Below, piece by piece: positions 13,440 to 24,619 of a stretch of 64,000 bases of DNA. This DNA comes from Macrostomum hystrix (Eukaryota; Animalia; Platyhelminthes), in contig CATNEN010000038.1 of the NCBI GenBank assembly GCA_950097015.1, forward strand, positions 15,996,001-16,060,000, given 5' to 3'. Position numbers and translations under genes: made by a program. How positions within the stretch are numbered: the first letter of the stretch is position 1; every line of letters begins with the position of its first letter. The notes below the pieces were generated by a model. That model ran no database searches and was not told the DNA's origin. It worked only from the letters and a program-made list of their open reading frames with translations.

Positions 13440-13850
13440 AGTGGAATCTAACGAGACTTCTTGATGGAATCTGCTAAGGTTAATTAGTGGAATCTACCGA
13501 GACTCCTTGATGGAATCTGCTAAGGTTAATTAGTGGAATCTACCGAGACTCCTTGATGGAATCTGCCGATGTTTTTGGTGGAATCTACCGAGACTCCTTT
13601 ATAGAATCTGCTGATTTTTTGGTGGAATCTACCGAGACTCCTTGATGGAATCTGCCGATGTTATTTGGTGGAATCTACCGAGACTCCTTGATGGAATCTG
13701 CCGATGTTATATGGTGGAATCTACCGAGACTCCTTGATGGAATCTGCCGATGTTTTTGGTGGAATCTACCGAGACTCCTTTATAGAATCTGCTGATTTTT
13801 TGGTGGAATCTACAGAGTCTCATCCTTGATGGAATCTGCTGATACTGCTT
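13440..13850. repeat. ~41-bp minisatellite (GTGGAATCTACCGAGACTCCTTGATGGAATCTGCCGATGTT...) with an internal dimeric GGAATCT structure
   Basis: About 10 visible units. Confidence 0.9.
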
Positions 13851-14103
13851 GCCAGGAATAAGTCTTACAGAGCCAGGTGATAACCCATCCTTACTCGTCT
13901 TAATGGTCAAACTTCTACCAATAGACTCAAGACCATCAGGCATGCAGTCATCGCGACCAGCCAATCAGAGATTTGTCCAATGGCGCTGGGACCCGCTCTG
14001 TCGCGTGATAAACAGCTTTAAGAACGCGTATGCGGCATTCATTAGTCAAATCAAATCCCCGAAATCGAATTAACTGCGCTGCCCTATTTGACATCCTGAC
14101 ACA

Positions 14104-15351
14104 ATGGAGTCCCAGTCCAATGCTCCCTGGGGCCTGCCTACCTGCTCAATCAACGGCACCGGAGAGGTATTCGAAGGCGAGGACTCGGACCTATTGATTC
14201 GCTACCTGCTATTAATCTATCCGATTGTATTTATGCTAGTTGGAGTGCCCACCAATTTGGTCTCCATGGTGATTTGGGCTAGGCGGATTCGCGACTCGCA
14301 GGGCTCAACGTCGCTTTACCTGACCGCAATGTGCGCAGTCAACACCGTGGTGCTCGCTCAGGGCTGCCTGCGTCACCTGCTGATGACCGTGTCATGCTTG
14401 GATCTGCACCGCGCTCTCGGCTGCAAGCTGCCGCTGTTTCTGCACACCTGGCTGAGCACAGTCTCAGTGTGGATCATCTGCCTGATGTGCTTCGAGCGCC
14501 TAGTCTGCGTCATCTGGCCATTCGACATGAAGATTATTTGCCGTGTTAGAAACGGCTTAGTGGCCCTAGCAACGGTTGCTATCCTGTGCGCTTGCGTTAG
14601 CATCTACCTGCCGGTGATTGTCGATGTGACCGACTCGGGCTTCCAGTGCGACGCTAGGCCCCAATTTCAGCACCTGGCGCCATACTTCAGCACCCTTGAC
14701 TCCATCGCCTACTCTTACCTGCCGTTTGCCCTTATAGTTGTGCTCAACGCTGTAACCCTTATTCGACTAAGCCAGCGCCGGCATCGTCTGGGACGAAGCG
14801 GTCACAGCGCAGCCTCCGCAGCTGCAGGCCAGAGACGGGCTTCGAATAAGATCTTCTTCACCGTGTTCTGCATGGCCCTCTGCCACCTGCTGTTCACCGC
14901 GCCCATTGTTGTGTGGCACATCGGCGTCAGCGATTGGTGCGCCGCCAGACTCAGGCTGGTCACGTGCATGCGCCTGGAGTTCATCTGGAAGATGCTGGAG
15001 GAGCTCAATCATCTGGCGCACTTCTTCATCTTCAGCTCCACCTCGCCATTGTTCATGTCCGATTTGAAAGTCCTCTGCCCCTGGCTTGCCAGCATCAGCA
15101 GTCGGCGCTGCTGTCGTCAAAATCTGGGAGCTGCTGTCTCGGAGAGGCCTCGGCAGCAGCGCGCAGGTCGCATACCGCCGGAGGTCAGTAGATCGAACTG
15201 CAGGCAGCCAGTGTGCGACCGATTGAGGTGCGAGCAGCTGACAGCTGATGAGGCCTGCGACATGGAGTCGAGCAGTTTGCAGATGATTTCCGTAGCTCCA
15301 CTGATTCACTGCTGCGAAGTTAATCGCTCCCCCAATAGCCCCCCAACCTGA
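14104..15351 (+). CDS. Intronless rhodopsin-class GPCR, FMRFamide/peptide-receptor-like orphan
   Basis: 415 aa, seven hydrophobic segments, GVPTN in TM1, SLYLTAM in TM2, CFERLVCVIWP (DRY equivalent), YSYLPF in TM5, LNHLAHFFIF in TM7. Confidence 0.88.
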   Translation: MESQSNAPWGLPTCSINGTGEVFEGEDSDLLIRYLLLIYPIVFMLVGVPTNLVSMVIWARRIRDSQGSTSLYLTAMCAVNTVVLAQGCLRHLLMTVSCLDLHRALGCKLPLFLHTWLSTVSVWIICLMCFERLVCVIWPFDMKIICRVRNGLVALATVAILCACVSIYLPVIVDVTDSGFQCDARPQFQHLAPYFSTLDSIAYSYLPFALIVVLNAVTLIRLSQRRHRLGRSGHSAASAAAGQRRASNKIFFTVFCMALCHLLFTAPIVVWHIGVSDWCAARLRLVTCMRLEFIWKMLEELNHLAHFFIFSSTSPLFMSDLKVLCPWLASISSRRCCRQNLGAAVSERPRQQRAGRIPPEVSRSNCRQPVCDRLRCEQLTADEACDMESSSLQMISVAPLIHCCEVNRSPNSPPT

Positions 15352-15424
15352 TCTGCAGTTTTTAAAGTTAACAATTTAATCCATCCAAAACTGTTAACTG
15401 TTAACTGTTCCTGCCTCCAGAAAC

Positions 15425-15545
15425 TGCGACAAGAATCGTTGAATATCTCGACGATGCGATGTTTTTTGTCCCGGAAGTTGTTTAATCGGATAGAGAAAAA
15501 CATTTTAGCCTGCATGTTCTGGATTTTCAATGCGAATCTACTGCT
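15425..15545. repeat. Short interspersed repeat, also at about 25173-25290 and 37968-38022
   Basis: Shared cgacaagaatcgttgaatat...atcggatagag...ttttagcc...gttctg segments. Confidence 0.7.
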
Positions 15546-16799
15546 TCTTTGGATTGGAATATTGGGAGATATAGAATAAGGAAAAATGCGGGTGTTTGAA
15601 GTACCCCTTGGTGTTTCCACTGGTTATAGTCCTAGTAGAGGATTCTAAAGTTGTTTCGAGGTCACGGCTAAATATCTATTTTTAGAACAGTGTGATGATT
15701 GGACCCAATTTTACATAATCACGTGATAAAACGCAACCAATGAACAATCGAGGGCTGACTATTTCATTTTTTCTCCACGATAAAGGAAGTGCGTCTTGTA
15801 GTGAGATTATCGCTAGATGAAAAAGCTAGAAAATCACAAGTTGAATAATAACAATAAGTTATTTTATTTACTTTCTGAAGCTGTGTCTCGACCAACCGTC
15901 TGACATTGTAGAGTCCGTGTCTATATCTTTCTTAAATTTCCTTTAAGTGAGCACTGCAACCCTAGCGATAAATAACGATTTGCATATAAATCAATAGAAT
16001 GTTAACATCTAACTCAAGAGAAGTGATGAATTTGATTTATGGTTCTATTGAAAATATGCCAATCAAGTTGAATTATGCCACACAGGCCTGGGTCGCAATT
16101 CATTTATGAAGTTCTGCAGATATAATTCAACTGGATTTATTCAATAGTCCATCCAGAATTCTTTCGGTTGTCACTGCGAAAAAATGGCAATGAAGTTTCC
16201 AAGTAAAAGTGCATCTCTGCGTTCTGCTCACTAGCAATTTATATTCATTTAGTCTGTCGCATTGTAGCATTGGTGATCGGGTTTGCTTGCTGGGCAGTAT
16301 ATGGACACAATCAATTTCTATTATTGCTTGGCCACACAACTAACTCCTTCACACTCACGCACATTTTTGACGCCTCAGTGGGTGGTATGAAACTTTCTAG
16401 AATTCATGGTACTGAGAAGTATAATTCAGTGAATATTTCATTGCTAAAAATTCTACAACTCGTGTGCCAGTATTTTATAGCCTCCTTCAGCACCAGCTGC
16501 TGCTGCTGTTATACTGAGTTATACTGAGTATACTGGCTCTCCTTATACTGAGTATTTGGCACTCAATGCAAACTCATTAGCGATTTGATTGGGTAATGAT
16601 CTCGCATTTTATATTTATTGATGCATTGATGACGCTGCCTTGGAAATTAAATAGTCCTTATTGGCGAGTAAATTTGCCACAAGCAATTCACAAGAACTGC
16701 TTGAAGACATTAAAACTATCGAGGATAAACACCTACAAGTACACTCGTACTAGGTTCTGTTGCACTGTTTTGTCTAATTTTATCCCAGACTTTCGACTA

Positions 16800-17340
16800 T
16801 GGTTATAGTGAGTATGGTTAGTGAGTATGGTTAGTGAGTATGGTTAGTGAGTATGGTTTGTGAGTATGGTTTGTGAGTATGGTTAGTGAGTATTGTTTGT
16901 GAGTAATGGTTAGTGAGTATGGTTAGTGAGTAATGGTTAGTGAGTATGGTTAGTGAGTAATGGTTAGTGAGTAATGGTTAGTGAGTATGGTTAGTGAGTA
17001 TGGTTAGTGAGTATGGTTAGTGAGTATGGTTAGTGAGTATGGTTTATGAGTATGGTTAGTGAGTATGGTTAGTGAGTATGGTTAGTAAGTATGGTTAGTG
17101 AGTATGGTTAGTGAGTATGGTTTATGAGTATGGTTAGTGAGTATGGTTTATGAGTATGGTTAGTGAGTATGGTTAGTGAGTATGGTTAGTGAGTATGGTT
17201 AGGAGTATGGTTAGTGAGTATGGTTAGTGAGTATGGTTAGTGAGTATGGTTAGTGAGTATGGTTAGTGAGTATGGTTAGTGAGTATGGTTAGTGAGTATG
17301 GTTAGTGATGGTTAGTGAGTATGGTTATGGTTAGTTAGTG
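16800..17340. repeat. 13-bp minisatellite (GTGAGTATGGTTA)n
   Basis: About 40 visible units. Confidence 0.97.
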
Positions 17341-17719
17341 AGATTCTAAGTGGATGGGAGTATATTTTTTCTGATTTAAAAAAAAATTTTTTAATCATAT
17401 ATATGCACTCGTATATAATGCTCGGTTAAAGCCTAAAGTACTTCATTAGATTACTTCATTTTTTTCTGGGTTATTTTTATATTTCAATGCTAGACTGTCG
17501 GAGCGATAGTAACAGTTTTTTAATTGTGGGTTTTAAACAACCAGACGTCTTTGATTTTATAATTAATAATGAAACGAATCGTTTGCTTTTTTCATTTACA
17601 GTCTGCGTATTTTTATTTTAGACAGAATTCATTCCTATCTATTCATAATTCTCATGCCACTCGGCAGTGTGAATGAGCGATAAGATGTAAGGGAATTGGC
17701 AGTGTGTGGGAGAAAATGA

Positions 17720-18158
17720 TTGAGTGAGTGGGTGAGTGGGTGAGTGGGTGAGTGAGTGGGTGAGTGAGTGAGTGAGTGAGTGAGTGAGTGAGTGAGTGAG
17801 TGAGTGGGTGAGTGAGTGGGTGAGTGAGTGAGTGAGTGAGTGAGTGAGTGAGTGAGTGAGTGAGTGAGTGAGTGAGTAAGTGAGTGAGTGAGTGAGTAAG
17901 TGAGTGAGTGAGTGAGTAAGTGAGTGAGTGAGTGAGTGAGTGGATGAGTGAGTGAGTGAGTGGGTGAGTCAGTGAGTGAGTGAGTGAGTGAGTGAGTGAG
18001 TGAGTGGGTGAGTGAGTGAGTGAGTGAGTGGATGAGTGAGTGAGTGAGTGAGTGAGTGAGTGGATGAGTGGGTGACTCATTGAGTGGATGAGTAAGTGAG
18101 TGAGTGAGTGAGTGAGTGGATGAGTGGGTGACTACTTGAGTGAGTGAGTAAGTGAGCG
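17720..18158. repeat. (GAGT)n microsatellite
   Basis: Directly visible. Confidence 0.97.
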
Positions 18159-18517
18159 AATCCGGTTATGCCAATTACTAAGCCTGTAAGTCACCAGATC
18201 ACACTGGTTCTGCTGACTAGCTAAACTTAAAGAAACAAAATCCACATCCGGTATTTACATTCGCAAGGCATGAAAATTTGATTGAGTTATTAACAAACAT
18301 GACATTACAGACTTTTCCATCCTGTGTGATAAATAAATAAAAGAACAGATTGTATGATATGGTACCTCACTATCTAGGTTGGGACCTTGAGAATAAAATT
18401 TTCTTTCTCGAGGCCAAATTATATAGCATTTGAGTGTCGGTCCCGGTAATTATAGACTCGGCATGAAACATGCAACATATTTTGGATGAACATTTCATTC
18501 GGTTCAATCCTGTAAAC

Positions 18518-18892
18518 CTGTAAAAGCTGTCACTCCTGTAAAGCTGTCACTCCTGTAAAGTTGTCACTACTGTAAAGCTGTCAGTAAAGCTGTCACTCCT
18601 GTAAAGCTGTCACTCCTGTAAAGCTGTCACTCCTGTAAAGCTGTCACTTCTGTAAAGCTGTCACTTCTGTAACGCTGTCACTTCTGTAAAGCTGTCACTT
18701 CTGTAAAGCTGTCACTTCTGTAAAGCTGTCACTTCTGTAAAGCTGTCACTTCTGTAAAGCTGTCACTTCTGTAAAGCTGTCACTTCTGTAAAGCTGTCAC
18801 TTCTGTAAAGCTGTCCCTCCTGTAAAACTGTCACTCCTGTAAAGCTGTCACTTCTGTAAAGCTGTCACTACTGTAAAGCTGTCACTACTGTA
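18518..18892. repeat. 17-bp minisatellite (TGTAAAGCTGTCACTTC)n
   Basis: About 21 units. Confidence 0.97.
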
Positions 18893-19458
18893 ATATGTTT
18901 AATCGCTGAAAGGGCCACTCAACATATGTTACAACATTATTTACTGTAAGTCTCTAGACTTGGATTAAGTCTTTTTCTGGAGCAACTCGCTTCGTTAGAT
19001 TCCCAAAAAGGCTTTTTTATAAGCCTAAAGTGGATTCTGCAACAGTTAAAGGGAAAAAAAGATTTTCGAGATGAAAAAGAAACGACAGAAGAAGCACGGA
19101 CGCTAAAAATGGCCCAATGTCATATTTCTTAGCCGGAGGAAAATCAATCGAACTTGACTGGCAACTCAAACGCCCAGAAATCGCTTTAGCAATGGATTTG
19201 CTCGGGTCAGTGATTTTGATAAGTGTACCAGCCGCATAGTAACAGGACTGACAGTGACGCAGAGCCGACTCAGCCACTTGGACAAATTAATTGATGACTT
19301 TGAAAAACGGCCTTCGATTGGATTCACTGCCAGTTTTCTTAAGCTGAGCACTGTGCTTAAGTTGGCTATATAAAACATTCGGTACTGTTCTTTTATCTGC
19401 TCTCATCTTATCGAAGTTAATTAAAATATGTTGAGACTCTTTTAAAGCAGTTTTTTTA

Positions 19459-19981
19459 GTCTAACAGGTGATGCATCAATGTCTAACAGGTGATGCATCA
19501 ATGTCTAACAGGTGATGCATCAATGTCTAACAGGTGATGCATCAATGTCTAACAGGTGATGCATCAATGTCTAACAGGTGAGGCACCAATGTCTAACAGG
19601 TGAAGCACCAATGTCTAACAGGTGATGCATCAATGTCTATCAGGTGAGGCACCAATGTCTAACAGGTGAGGCACCAATATCTAACAGGTGATGCATCAAT
19701 GTCTAACAGGTGATGCATCAATGTCTAACAGGTGATGCATCAATGTCTAACAGGTGATGCATCAATGTCTAACAGGTGATGCATCAATGTCTAACAGGTG
19801 AGGCACCAATGTCTAACAGGTGAAGCACCAATGTCTAACAGGTGATGCATCAATGTCTATCAGGTGAGGCACCAATGTCTAACAGGTGAGGCACCAATAT
19901 CTAACAGGTGATGCATCAATGTCTAACAGGTGATGCATCAATGTCTAACAGGTGATGCATCAATGTCTAACAGGTGATGCA
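19459..19981. repeat. 22-bp minisatellite (TCTAACAGGTGATGCATCAATG)n with a 220-bp higher-order repeat
   Basis: About 24 units; the variant series recurs 220 bp apart. Confidence 0.97.
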
Positions 19982-20483
19982 CTTATTTCTAGCAGCTATA
20001 AGCGGGCTAATTCAAATCTCAGTAGATACAAAATGTGACTCTGATATTAAAGAGGAGCTACAATTTCGTGACTTCACGAGCGAGAAAAAGCATTAACCGA
20101 AGGCTACTTTTGCGATTCTACATAGCGAGACAACTTTTTTTCTCTGCCACTGTGAATTGGCTTCGATAAAGTTTGTAGTTCATTTGCTATTTTAAAACCT
20201 ACGAGTGTAATACAAAAAAGCCAAATGCAACTAAAAGCCTTTCCTGTGTGTAGTTATTTAAAAGCCTCACACAAACAAACCATGGACGTTGGGGGGGGGG
20301 CAGGTTGGTTGCTAACTGACTCTGTCACGGCATACCCATTAGCTCAGACACGCCACTGTTTAAAGTGCAAGTTGGTAAAATGAAGCTGGAAGACTGCGTA
20401 AATTATTCTGCAAGTGGCCATAGCCAGTAATGAGGACAATAGATGGGAAAAAGGGGGAAAGATTAGAAGAGATATTTAGAGGA

Positions 20484-22471
20484 GAGGGACATGGGAGAGA
20501 GAGTGAGGGGACATGGGAGAGTGAGTGAAGGGACATGGGAGAGTGAGTGAGGGGACATGGGAGAGTGAGTGAGGGGACATGGGAGAGAGAGTGAGGGGAC
20601 ATGGGAGAGTGAGTGAAGGGACATGGGAGAGTGAGTGAGGGGACATGGGAGAGAGAGTGAGGGGACATGGGAGAGTGAGTGAAGGGACATGGGAGAGTGA
20701 GTGAGGGGACATGGGAGAGAGAGTGAGGGGACATGGGAGAGAGAGTGAAGGGACATGGGAGAGTGAGTGAGGGGACATGGGAGAGTGAGTGAGGGGACAT
20801 GGGAGAGTGAGTGAGGGGACATGGGAGAGTGAGTGAGGGGACATGGGAGAGTGAGTGAGGGGACATGGGAGAGTGAGTGAGGGGACATGGGAGAGTGAGT
20901 GAGGGGACATGGGAGAGTGAGTGAGGGGACATGGGAGAGTGAGTGAGGGGACATGGGAGAGTGAGTGAGGGGACATGGGAGAGTGAGTGAGGGGACATGG
21001 GAGAGTGAGTGAGGGGACATGGGAGAGTGAGTGAGGGGACATGGGAGAGTGAGTGAGGGGACATGGGAGAGAGAGTGAGGGGACATGGGAGAGTGAGTGA
21101 GGGGACATGGGAGAGTGAGTGAGGGGACATGGGAGAGAGAGTGAGGGGACATGGGAGAGTGAGTGAGGGGACATGGGAGAGTGAGTGAGGGGACATGGGA
21201 GAGTGAGTGAGGGGACATGGGAGAGTGAGTGAGGGGACATGGGAGAGTGAGTGAGGGGACATGGGAGAGTGAGTGAGGGGACATGGGAGAGTGAGTGAGG
21301 GGACATGGGAGAGTGAGTGAGGGGACATGGGAGAGTGAGTGAGGGGACATGGGAGAGTGAGTGAGGGGACATGGGAGAGTGAGTGAGGGGACATGGGAGA
21401 GAGAGTGAGGGGACATGGGAGAGTGAGTGAGGGGACATGGGAGAGTGAGTGAGGGGACATGGGAGAGAGAGTGAGGGGACATGGGAGAGTGAGTGAGGGG
21501 ACATGGGAGAGTGAGTGAGGGGACATGGGAGAGTGAGTGAGGGGACATGGGAGAGTGAGTGAGGGGACATGGGAGAGTGAGTGAGGGGACATGGGAGAGA
21601 GAGTGAGGGGACATGGGAGAGTGAGTGAGGGGACATGGGAGAGAGAGTGAGGGGACATGGGAGAGTGAGTGAAGGGACATGGGAGAGTGAGTGAGGGGAC
21701 ATGGGAGAGTGAGTGAGGGGACATGGGAGAGAGAGTGAGGGGACATGGGAGAGTGAGTGAAGGGACATGGGAGAGTGAGTGAGGGGACATGGGAGAGAGA
21801 GTGAGGGGACATGGGAGAGTGAGTGAAGGGACATGGGAGAGTGAGTGAGGGGACATGGGAGAGAGAGTGAGGGGACATGGGAGAGAGAGTGAAGGGACAT
21901 GGGAGAGTGAGTGAGGGGACATGGGAGAGTGAGTGAGGGGACATGGGAGAGTGAGTGAGGGGACATGGGAGAGTGAGTGAGGGGACATGGGAGAGTGAGT
22001 GAGGGGACATGGGAGAGTGAGTGAGGGGACATGGGAGAGTGAGTGAGGGGACATGGGAGAGTGAGTGAGGGGACATGGGAGAGAGAGTGAGGGGACATGG
22101 GAGAGTGAGTGAGGGGACATGGGAGAGTGAGTGAGGGGACATGGGAGAGAGAGTGAGGGGACATGGGAGAGTGAGTGAGGGGACATGGGAGAGTGAGTGA
22201 GGGGACATGGGAGAGTGAGTGAGGGGACATGGGAGAGTGAGTGAGGGGACATGGGAGAGTGAGTGAGGGGACATGGGAGAGAGAGTGAGGGGACATGGGA
22301 GAGAGAGTGACGGGACATGGGAGAGTGAGTGAGGGGACATGGGAGAGTGAGTGAGGGGACATGGGAGAGTGAGTGAGGGGACATGGGAGAGTGAGTGAGG
22401 GGACATGGGAGAGTGAGTGAGGGGACATGGGAGAGTGAGTGAGGGGACATGGGAGAGTGAGTGAGGGGACA
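20484..22471. repeat. 22-bp purine-rich minisatellite (GGGACATGGGAGAGTGAGTGAG)n, about 90 units
   Basis: Directly visible; source of three long spurious minus-strand ORFs. Confidence 0.98.
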
Positions 22472-22824
22472 GTAAGGAGAAGAACTGAGGTTGTTAAAAG
22501 GGCCAGGCAGAAGGACAAATGAATAGACATTCTGGTTAAAATTCTATGTGGGTCCTTACTTTGAGTCTACTGTAAGTTCTTTTAGAGTTCACCATCTGAT
22601 TGGCCAGACACAGACAGGTGGGAGAATGAAATTCTACTTATCAGTCGGGTTCGTGCTTATGCAATCGCTGCGTGCAAATAATTAAGCAATTAATTGCCTT
22701 CTTTCGTGCGACAATCGTTTGCGCGCACAATTTTAGCAATTAAAAATCTGGTGTAAAGCAACAGTTTCAATCTGTTCAATTAAATAATTATTTACAGGAG
22801 GGCTGTGAGCAGTAGCAAATAATT

Positions 22825-23028
22825 TGGTTACAGTAGACCCGCAGCTAGCGAGAGGAAATTCTGCCCATACCCTCAAGGGTTGGCCCTCATAAGCATAAAT
22901 TGCGCGACAATCCACCAAGCCTTCTCTCCGCGGCTGCGCACCAAATTAGTGTGGGCCTCGCCGCGGAATCGAGCTCAGGGACCTTGGTGCGAGAGGCAAA
23001 CGCGTTAGACTGCTCTGCCACTCACCCC
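22825..23028 (-). mobile_element. tRNA-derived SINE family B
   Basis: Minus strand: A-box-like TGGCAGAGCAGTC, B-box-like GAGCTCGATTCC, ccgcggc...gccgcgg hairpin; homologous to 46005-46320. Confidence 0.72.
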
Positions 23029-24083
23029 TCTTAATTATACTTTGAGTTCTGAGTTGTGAGAAAATAGAACATTCTCGTATCCATGTATATTTTGCTAAAG
23101 GGACTTCAGTCCCTTTTTAGCTTTTAAAGACTACTTAAAGTAGAAATAGTCGTACGAGCGAAACTTTATAAAAAATATGAATTCCTTATTTTTCATCTAA
23201 TTAAACAAGTTTTTTAAACGACTTTCTGCTTTGAGACAATCAAAGAAATTGACGACATAAAAGTACATTTTAATTAATTACTAGACAAATGTAACATCGA
23301 AATATATCGGGCTTTTCACAACAGTCAATACAAAACACTGTATGAAGCACAATAACACACAAATGCACAGAGACATATAATTGTAAATAGACAATAATAG
23401 ATAGGATTTACCAGTAATAGGAAAATTCCAAATGACTGAAGCTTCACATTGGATAATATATAAATATGCTAAGAAAAGTTCTAATATAGAAGACAGCATC
23501 TGACAACAAAATAAAAGCATGGACAAAACGAGTAAAATGTTTAACGTCGAAGGAATCAGAATATTTCTTCAGTTAATCTCGTAGTAGGAATGGTCACTCC
23601 CCTACCGTAAGTATTAGAGGACGAAAATATAATATAGCGTTGTGTACAATCTATCACAGATTAGCTTGTAGTGTTGTAGCTCAAATCTCAGAAGGTGTCA
23701 TCAATATTTGAATAGAGGCCCTTCTCAAAGACTTGAGTACAGTTACTTGTAGTGGAAAGTAAAACAAAATAATAAAAACAAGAAATATGACTGGATTAAA
23801 AGCACATAAAAATACCTGATGTGACAACAGAAAGGCTATATTTTTGTGCGCGAAAACTGCCCAGCAAGTATAAAATTTTACGCGAATGTTCAAATTACAC
23901 TACTTATCAGTAGCGTTGTCTTCGTTGTACTAACAAAATGGAGTGAAGCAATTTAATAAAAGTATTGTAATAAAAACGAAAACAAGGTTTAAAGCATAAC
24001 ATACGAGCGTATAGACTAGATGAAAAACACAACCAGTAAAAGCATGTTGATTTTTTGTTTGTTTTATATGATTTTTTCATTTA

Positions 24084-24182
24084 CAGAGAGAGAGAGACAG
24101 GGAGACAGAGAGACAGAGAGACAGAGACAGAGACAGAGACAGAGACAAAGAGAGAGACAGAGACAGAGACAGAGACAGAGAC

Positions 24183-24215
<33 letters not shown>

Positions 24216-24414
24216 CAGAGACAGAGACAGAGAGACAGAGACAGAGACAGAGACAGAGACAGGGACAGAGAGACAGAGACAGAGACAGAGACAGAGAGAC
24301 AGAGACAGAGAGACAGAGAGACAGGGACAGAGAGACAGAGACAGAGACAGAGACAGAGACAGAGACAGAGACAGAGACAGAGACAGAGACAGAGACAGAG
24401 ACAGAGATAGAGAC

Positions 24415-24511
<97 letters not shown>

Positions 24512-24520
24512 TATAGAGAC
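24084..24520. repeat. (GAGACA)n/(GACA)n compound microsatellite just downstream of the SLC12A8 stop
   Basis: Directly visible. Confidence 0.97.
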
Positions 24521-24619
24521 AGTAAGACAAAAAGAGACTCAGTGTCACTGTCTCTACGAGGTAGAAGGAAGTAGAAATTACAAACGAATTGTCAAATCAG
24601 AGTCATTCAATCCAGTGAG

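Noticed and set aside
19459-19981. CRISPR-like appearance of the regular arrays (also 13.4, 35.6 and 51.3 kb)
   Set aside because: Head-to-tail repeats without unique spacers, no cas genes, eukaryotic context
20360-22530. Three 650-700 aa minus-strand ORFs
   Set aside because: Translations of a stop-free 22-bp minisatellite in all frames; no coding features
22960-23028. Functional tRNA gene
   Set aside because: Degenerate B box, no proper acceptor stem, continues into SINE body sequence
24020-24574. Charged RD/ET-repeat ORFs
   Set aside because: Microsatellite translations
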